Source: Octopus vulgaris | Lineage: Eukaryota | DNA: 64,000 nucleotides | Assembly (NCBI GenBank): GCA_951406725.2 | Contig: OX597819.1 | Coordinates: forward strand, 71,734,001-71,798,000 | Reading direction: 5' to 3' | Part shown: in pieces, positions 54,686 through 64,000 of the stretch | Layout of the letters: each line of letters starts with the position of its first letter | Position numbering within the stretch: the stretch's first letter is position 1 | The notes under the pieces: generated by a model | Databases searched by the model: none | The model's input: only the letters and a program-made list of their open reading frames with translations | What the model was told of the DNA's origin: nothing | Made by a program: the position numbers and the translations under genes

Positions 54686-54770
54686 CATTTCGTTTGGGAT
54701 TTGGTTTGCAAGATTTTTTAGGTGAGTTCGTGTGCTGAAGCATATTCTGTTGAGTCTGTTGTTCTCTTTC
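51485..54770 (-). mobile_element. R4/Dong non-LTR retrotransposon (RT, CCHC, restriction-like endonuclease), frameshifted
   Basis: NWKAPGHDKIPNFWLKY, NYRPITCLPT, EQKGCRKGS, WIDYKKAFDSIPH, RGIFQGDTLSPLLF, HLLFMDDLKLY, YKYLG, AAQDQ, RPD; 3' end abuts (TAA)n. Confidence 0.93.
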
Positions 54771-55559
54771 AGGGCCTTATAAATGAAAAGGTTGCAAGAC
54801 GCAACGAAAATTTTAAAAGAATATAAAAGAAATAAGTGGAAATTTTACCAGTGCATGTGTTAAATTATAAGGCGCTATAAGAGAAAGACTCTCCTCAGAC
54901 ACAACAATATATATATATGTATTTGTATGTATGTATGTATGTAAGTATGTATGTATGTATGTATGTATGTATGTATGTATGTATGTATGTATGTATGTAT
55001 GTATGTATGTATGTATGTATGTATGTATGTATGTTTGTGTGTGTGTGTGTACACATACATACAATAGATACATATAAAACATCAAAATACATCAGGGGCC
55101 CGCACTAACATATTTTAGTGAAATGTCTTGTTTGTGGTTTATCGATGTATTGATCCTGTTGATGATTTATTACCCACTTTGGTGTCTTTTATTCCTACAG
55201 TATGGAGACACCGTCGGCTTGGCAGAGATAACTCTTCTCTGAGATTGCCCTTGGAAAAACATGACCTCTGTCCTCTTGGACACATCATAAATTTTCCAAA
55301 AATATTTCAAAGCGAAAATATGGCTTCCACAGCCAGAACACAATACCACAAAATTTGCACGAAAGCAGTTTAATGGATAGGGTCATATAATTGTCTTCCA
55401 ATCACTAGATATTGTCTTAACCCTGATATTATGTAAAAATCGGAAGTAACATTCTAGGTTATATTTTATCCGTTTGTGACGAATTGATAGCGTATAACAA
55501 TCTCTTTAATAATAAGCCGATATAAATGTTGTTTGATCTGTCAAATCCCACATGGCATC

Positions 55560-55615
<56 letters not shown>

Positions 55616-55844
55616 AGATGTTTGAATTTAAAAGAGAGATGCAGAAAGATACAGCATGAAAGGCGTACGAGAGTGCACATACTGCGCTTGGTTTGCAGGC
55701 AATGAGTAAATGAATGCTACACACACGCACAGTGAGAAAGAAATAATAATAAAGAAAGGGGAGAAGAAGAAAAGGAAAGGATATATCATATATATGCCTG
55801 TGTGTGTGTATATAATATATATATGCGTGTATGTATATATATAT

Positions 55845-55939
<95 letters not shown>

Positions 55940-56330
55940 CATGTATGTATGTATATATATACTATGAATATTACAAATATCTGAGTCTTTCTGTACGAAA
56001 CAAATTGTATAGCAACACGAGTAATAAAAGCTATTATCCATTTTAACATCTTATCTCCTCCATTTGCATAAATATGAATGAATTTGTTGAACTGCGTTTA
56101 ACAAATTAAATCATAAGCTTAATGTGTGTGAGTGTATGTGTGTGTGTGTGTGTGTATGGGTGTGTGCGCGTGTGTGCGTGTGTGAATATGTATATATATT
56201 TTTTATAGCTATGTGCATGTGTGTATGTGTTTGTGTGTATGGATTGTATGGTATCGCTACAATGTTTTCATTAAGAGATTTTATAATTCATTTGCATTGA
56301 AACACCATACGTGCAGATATATATGTAATA

Positions 56331-56532
56331 CAACATTTATAAGATGATACAAAATACAACAAAGCACCTGTGACATCATCATGCTGCACCGTGTTGCATA
56401 AGAGCAAAATAACGACGCGCAATTGCACAGCATGGCCTAAGGGACATGCTAAACGTTGTTCTATGCAACACGGTGAAACATGATTGCCTGAGATGTTCTC
56501 TGTTATGTCTAGCTGTATCTTATTGATGTTGC
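56331..56532. repeat. Long imperfect inverted repeat (fold-back)
   Basis: caccgtgttgcata (56387-56400) / tatgcaacacggtg (56462-56475) perfect; flanking atcatg/catgat and caacat..ataagat/atcttat..atgttg. Confidence 0.7.
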
Positions 56533-56631
56533 ACCTCATACATACCTGACAATGTGTTCTTACAATGAAGTAAAATCTCTTAATGAAACGATCGTAGCGA
56601 TTCCATATAATCCATTCGATTGTTGTTATTG

Positions 56632-57065
56632 TAGCTCTGTAGTAAGGAACTTGCTTCCCAACCACATGGTTCCGAGTTTAGAGTCACTGCGTGGCACGTT
56701 GGACAGCTGTCTTCTACTATGGCCTAGGGCCGACCAAAGTGGATGTGGTAGACGGAAACTGAAAAAAGCCAGTCGTATATATATATATAAAAGCCAGTCG
56801 TATATATATATATATAAGCCAGTCGTATATATATATATATATGTGTGTGCGTGTGTGTGTATGTGTGTGTGTGTGTGTATTTGTGTGTGTCTGTGTTTGT
56901 CCCCACCATCGCTTGACCCATCTTAGTGTGTCTACTTCCCCGTAACTTAGTAGTTCAGCAAAAGAGACCGTAGGCTTACAAAGAATAATTCCTGTGGTCA
57001 ATTTGTTCGACTAAAGGCGGTGCTCCACTATGGTCACAGTCAAATGACTGAAACAAGTAAAAGAC
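56632..57065 (+). mobile_element. SINE family A, full length
   Basis: Head to tail; junction segment aagccagtcg(ta)n present three times. Confidence 0.85.
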
Positions 57066-57419
57066 TAAATGATATACAATGTTGAAGTTCTCTTAACTTT
57101 AGATACTTTTGGATTTGATGTTAGAAATCACAAATTAGTTTCCTACATAGATGCCGCCTTCATAAACTGGATTGTTTACCTGTTGATCTGCATTTTAACC
57201 TTTAACCATTAATGTGCTCTGCTTGAATAAATTAAACATACACCTCGATATTGATTGATCCTCTTTATTCAATATATAAATGAAATAAATATCAGATATG
57301 CGAGAGCTACTTAAAGTTTTTACAACCTCTTCTAAATCCATTGCGACGCTGGAAAACCTGTATATATACATATGTATGTATGTCCCTTCTATGTTTTAAT
57401 TATTATAATTCTTCCACTG

Positions 57420-58645
57420 GGGGTGGGGGACCCGGTTTCCAACAAAGATACAAGGCTCTATCTTTGGGATGTAGTTAACACAGACAAATTCCCATTTGGA
57501 ACTTGAGATAGGTCTTGCATATTTTTACTGTTCCACTCACAGATTGGACTTGTAATGTACGAATCAGCCGGTCAATATCTCTTTCTCAAAATCCCAGTTT
57601 ATCCAGATTCTCCTTTAAGCATTTACTAACAAAATCTAATGCTCTAATTATTATTGGTATGAATATGAATTCATAGTCTGGATACAGAAGCTTGAGGTTT
57701 CGGAGCAGTTGTCCATGGATATCCTCTTGTTCTACAGGGCAGCTAACCTCTATGATGGTACATACCTTTGACCCTCCGTCCCAGACAACAATATCCGGCC
57801 TGTTACGCTTACATTTGACAGAAGTTTTAATGGGAATATTCCACCAGTATTCCTTGAGTTGGTGTTTATGAATGTATTCCATAACAGAGAGAGTTTTTCA
57901 GTTTATTTCAGGACAGTCTTTTTTGTGGGTGACATTGTAAATTGTTTTAATATCAATATCGTGCTGCATAGGGAGGTAGTACTATAACCACATTTTAGGA
58001 CAGCTGCTAATCACATGTGTAGCCTTCCAAGGAAGAATGACATAGCCTTGGGCTTACAAGGGCGTCACTGTCTCTCTTGTTCACCAGGTACTTTGTGGAA
58101 ATCTCTTGTTCCTGGATTGCAAACGCATAGCCTTCAAAATGTGATATAGTGGCCTTGTGTCTAAGAGAGGCTGCGCTTCCTGTTAATTCTATTGTCTTCA
58201 TCAAGCTTACGGGTAACATAACCATGCATGATCTGTTTTTTGGATGCTGAGTGCTTTCCATCCAGGTCTTCTCTGAAGTAAGAGGCCCAGCTGTTTTGGG
58301 GCTGTATAGGAAATCATCAAGAAGAGAGTGCTTCTTGAAGAGTTCACTGCCAGCTCGTACAATGTACTTCACTTTTCAGGACTGCATTAATATATTTATT
58401 TTTGCTGCTGTTGTTTAGCAGGTGCTGTCTGAGTGATACCATACGGCATTCGCAGGCCTTCTGCACTGATCTCAGGCCTCGTCCACCATTTCTTCTTAGG
58501 TAGAAACCGTCAACATCACTGTTTCTGCGAAAGTTCCCAGTTGTTGTCAGTATTTTGCGGGTTTTGATATCTAGGGAGTAGATTTCCTCAACAGAACAAT
58601 CAAGTATCCCAAATGTTGGGATCAGCACTGGTACTGCAAATGCCT
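57420..58645 (-). mobile_element. Decayed RLE-type (R4-like, family 2) element, 3' third
   Basis: [80 protein letters not shown]. Confidence 0.85.
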
Positions 58646-58712
58646 TGTGGGATATTGTTTTGTTGTAAGAGGAGAGTTCCGACTGCCATGTATGTATGTA
58701 TGTATGTATGTA

Positions 58713-59780
<1,068 letters not shown>

Positions 59781-59846
59781 TGAAAATCAGACAAGGTTGG
59801 AATTCCTTTTATTAATATATTCTTCTATACACAATCACACACACCC

Positions 59847-59906
<60 letters not shown>

Positions 59907-59937
59907 ACATATATATATGTATGTATGTATGTATGTA

Positions 59938-60015
<78 letters not shown>

Positions 60016-60026
60016 CAGACAGACAG

Positions 60027-60058
<32 letters not shown>

Positions 60059-60327
60059 GAGCGTGCGTGGGAATTTCCGTTGTATAATATCAACACGGAA
60101 AGTAATTTGGTCATCATTATTTTTCTCCTTTGAATATTGTTTTGTTTAATTTATTTTAAAGTAATAAATATTTTTCGTTTGAAAATCAGTATTCATTTCA
60201 TTATTCTGTATAAACACCAAGAAATTTGCTAATATATATATTATTAATAATTGTGTGTGTATATATATATATACATATGTATGTATATATGTGTGTGTTT
60301 ATATATATATACATATATATATGCATG

Positions 60328-60366
<39 letters not shown>

Positions 60367-60645
60367 ACAAGTATAAATATATATGTATATATGTATATAT
60401 ATATGTGTGTGCGTGTGTGTATGCATGTATATATATGTGTGTGTGTATGTGTTTGTGTGTACTATATTTCCTATATTATCCATGGCACTAAACCTTACTC
60501 ACAAAGCCACTCGTCGTATGACGGCTAACACTGTAGAATACAATAAATTATCCAGCTAATGATTCCGTGTGGATACAAATAAAAGTCAATCGCGACAGGA
60601 GCTGAACCCAGAGGAATGAAACTAATTGTTGTAAAGTGTCTAATG

Positions 60646-60932
60646 CAGTGGTTCCCAAACTTTTTCGGACTGCCGCCCCCTTGACTCCCAGGCCACATTC
60701 CTAGCGCCCTCACTTCAACTAACCATCACAAACATAGACCGCTTTCTGAAGCAAATTCAAAGCAACTGTATTTCATAAATGAAACATAACCTAATGAACC
60801 CATTATTTCTTTTGTTTTTACATCCATCGCCCTCTTTTGGCCTCCCCATTATCGTCTCTCTTTTCTTCAACGGCCCCTTGGAATTTTTCCCCGCTCCCAG
60901 GGGGGCAACATCGCTCATTTTGGGAACCACTG
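60646..60932. mobile_element. hAT (Charlie-like) MITE, 287 bp
   Basis: 14-bp TIR CAGTGGTTCCCAAA / TTTGGGAACCACTG; exact 8-bp TSD GTCTAATG. Confidence 0.92.
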
Positions 60933-60987
60933 GTCTAATGGAAACTACCTACAGTGGTTGCTACTTCATAACTTTCGTATTCAACAG

Positions 60988-61119
60988 ATAACGACATTGC
61001 TCTGCTGAAGATGACCAACTCCGTTTCATACGGCCCATGTTTACAACCTGTCCAATTACCACATCCTAAAGACTCATTCAACAGGAGCTGCATCGCCGCT
61101 GGTTGGGGGAAAACTGCTC
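60988..61119 (+). CDS. S1A serine protease, exon with catalytic Asp
   Basis: ctttcgtattcaacag| ... |gtaagt; 132 nt, phase 1-1; (Y)NDIALLKMTNSVSYGPCLQPVQLPHPKDSFNRSCIAAGWGKTA. Confidence 0.93.
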
Positions 61120-61657
61120 GTAAGTAACTGCAGAATAAATTACAATAAACAACACTAATCTTTTTTCTTAACGCGTCTTTATGAAAGTTTCTTCATTTTT
61201 CTATTTAAAATTTTGCGTTGCATAAATTAATGTCGGTGCTTTTTTTGCAATATTCCATTTTATGTTTATACCGTTGTCGCTTCTGTCTAAGTTTCCATGT
61301 GTGCTGTAACAAGTCCGTAGATTGAATATTGTCCGTGAACATAACTGGATGACTATGATATGCATATCGATTATTGATTTTAGATTTTGCTAATCCTACG
61401 TATCCTACATAGGGTTAACTTTCATCTGTGTATGCGTTGAGTTGACGGCGTTAAAAGTTTCAGAATTAGTCTTGCTATTAAATCTACATACACTTAAAGA
61501 TATACTACATCAAATGAACATAGAGATATGAAGGGTAACGGAATAGCTATGTTTCACAAGGTGAATGGCCATTACAAGCTCAGATACACACTAAAAATTA
61601 TTATCTAAAACCTCCAACCTAAAATTACTATAACAAATCTTTAGAAATTGTAAACGT

Positions 61658-62052
61658 CTCAGGAGTGGCTGTGTAGTAAGGAGCTTGCTTACCAACCACA
61701 TGGTTCCGGGTTCATTCCCACAGCGTGGCACCTTGGGCAAGTATCTTCCACTATAGCCTCGGGCCAACCAAAGCCTTGTGAGTGGATTTGGTAGACGGAA
61801 ACTGAAAGAAGCCTGCAGTATATATGTATATTTATTTATGTATGTGTGTGTATATGTTTGTGTGCCTGTGTTTGTCCCCCTACCAACATCGTTTGACAAC
61901 CGACGATGGTGTGTTTACGTCCCCGTAACTTAGTGGTTCGGCAAAAGAGAGCGATAGAATAAGTACTAGGCTTGCAAAGAATAAAGCCCAGGGGTCGATT
62001 TGCAAGACTAAAGGCGGTGCTCCAGCATGGCCGCAATCAAATGACTGAAACA
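61658..62052 (+). mobile_element. SINE family A, full length
   Basis: caggagtggctgtgtagtaag...gggttcattccc...ggcggtgctccagcatggccgc..aatgactgaaac. Confidence 0.88.
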
Positions 62053-62402
62053 ATTAAGTCTCAGGCACTTATTTCAATTTTAACATTGAAAATCGAATGA
62101 AAAAGCAATATATATTAACAAACGATCCAATTACAACCGTAAAGTAGCATTTTAGATGAATATGTAGGCAACTATCAAGCTTCTCATCACATGCAGATAT
62201 TCAGTGAAGTCACCCCTGTTATACCACAACGTTTAAAAAAAACATGGGTTTAATGGAAAACTTGAGTACATTAAACAACCAAACAAAACGTCACTTAACG
62301 AGGAAAGAGAAAATGAATCTGCTGTAACTCTTCTTGTAGCTTGAATATATCTACAAACATAATATAAGAACTTCCTGTCATTAATAGCCACGCGCTTTTC
62401 TG

Positions 62403-62437
<35 letters not shown>

Positions 62438-62909
62438 CATATAAGCACCATATGGTCTTTAAGACAGCTTAAAATCTTGTTAAAATCTATTTTAACCACG
62501 ATCATAGACATACCACAACACTCCAGCAGGTTTAAATGCGACAACAGTAATTAACTGAAACTGTCCACCCAATGATAAATGGCTACAGAGGGCGCTAGTG
62601 TTGAGAGCTTTATTGAAAACAGGCGATGCTGACATTTTCTACGAGTATATGAAGTTGAAAGAGTAGAGTTGCTGCATACACAGCAAATTCATTCATGCAT
62701 TCATTCAAATCCAGCGTGAAATTCATTTCTATTTCATTGTTAATATAAATATAAACATAAATAATAAGAATGAAAATGGTTGTATAATGCTTAGGTGCAC
62801 TACAACTCAAAGATTCAACAGTGTTATTCATCTAAAATAGAAATATGATTGACAAATCAAATACGATACGATAAAAACATTTAGTTAAGTATCGCCACAA
62901 CAGTATTAT

Positions 62910-63087
62910 ATAGTTCTATATTTAAGAGATGAGGAATTATGTACGTTATTTATATTTGACGGATATTTGTCTTCACCTTGTTTGTTGTTAACACAAAGTT
63001 TCGTCTGATGTACCCTCCAGCCTTCATCAGGTGTCTTGGGGAAACTTAGAACCTGGATTCACATTCCTAAGGTATTTTTCGATGTTA

Positions 63088-63138
<51 letters not shown>

Positions 63139-63400
63139 GGGCCACTGCCTTATTATTATTATTATTCTTAACCACTACGCCATATGTTCGTGGGCAATTT
63201 TGGATTGAATTTTTAGAGCATATAAATCTAATATTTTCCTATCCTTCCTTAATAACGGTTGCCATAGGTTACTCATATCTGCACTCTGTCTGCTTAGGAG
63301 GTTGTTGTGTCCTAGCATATGTGCTGCTTCTTTTAGTTTTCGTATTTTCCAGTGGTGTTCTCTGTCCTTTCTTTTAACTTCATCCCACAGGGATATTATT
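62910..63400 (-). mobile_element. Penelope/Poseidon-like 3' end (GIY-YIG C-terminus and pLTR)
   Basis: LWDEVK..EHHWKIRKLKEAAHMLGHNNLLSRQSADMSNLWQPLL, then (AAT)n and a hammerhead. Confidence 0.7.
62990..63035 (-). ncRNA. Minimal hammerhead motif, partly decayed
   Basis: Minus strand GACAC-CTGATGA-a-GGCTG-gagggtacat-CAGAC-GAAA-cttt-GTGTT; one stem II mismatch and disrupted stem III. Confidence 0.6.
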
Positions 63401-63829
63401 TAGTCCAGTCCGATGTTTTTAAGAGGACACGTAATTCTTTTACTACATATGCCTACAGAATGAAGAAAAAAATCAACACTTTTATATTCAAACTAGTCTT
63501 TTTGGAGGATCCATCTGTGATGTGCACGTGATGAAAACGAAAAGGCAGTGAAGAGTTTCCCATGAATAACAACTAAATAAACAAAGTTTGAGAGTATTAG
63601 CAATCTGGAACGAGATTATTGCAGTTAAACAGGAGGAGGATAATTAAAATTTAATTATGTTATGAATAGCGGTTATAAGAGTCTTTGGTCTCTGCTAACA
63701 TAATTATTTGAGAGTTGTTTCGATTCATGGAAATTGCTTTGGGAGTCTGTAAATACGAGAGTGAATATATCCACACACAAACACGTGCACACACACACGC
63801 ACACACACACATACACACACACGCACACA

Positions 63830-63891
<62 letters not shown>

Positions 63892-64000
63892 CTTACAGAC
63901 GCACATACATTCATACATATATAGGCAGGCAGAGAGACAGAAAGAATGGATGTATATACAGCGAAAAATATATACACACTAATTAAGTATTTAATTAGAA

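Noticed and set aside
61120-64000. Search for the GDSGGP (Ser195) exon
   Set aside because: The candidate acceptors I checked lead to early stops; the exon is probably beyond the window.

Overview
AT-rich, microsatellite-saturated animal genomic DNA. The tRNA-derived SINE families and repeat landscape suggest a coleoid cephalopod, probably Octopus (inference). Almost all listed ORFs are microsatellite artefacts or decayed retroelements. The one host gene I can support is absent from the ORF track: three phase-compatible + strand exons (42378-42546, 44242-44372, 60988-61119) splice into a trypsin-like S1A serine protease (R|IVNG activation site, catalytic His in AAHC, catalytic Asp in NDIALL). 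Its Ser195 exon was not found and probably lies downstream of the window. The rest is mobile DNA: a Tx1-like LINE in a (GATA)n tract, a CR1-group LINE, RTE fragments, R4/Dong RLE elements stacked in (TAA)n, Penelope-like (GIY-YIG) fragments, mariner, Tc1, Helitron, hAT MITEs and many SINEs. Top second-look items: (i) several sequence-unrelated type I hammerhead ribozyme motifs, one inside a non-coding 581-bp unit with a perfect 69-bp terminal redundancy (retrozyme/circRNA-like); (ii) a stepwise 35-bp, 22-bp, 11-bp reiteration at the 5' junction of an R4 copy; (iii) two LINE-SINE pairs with shared 3' tails. Coordinates of degenerate elements are approximate and no database searches were run.
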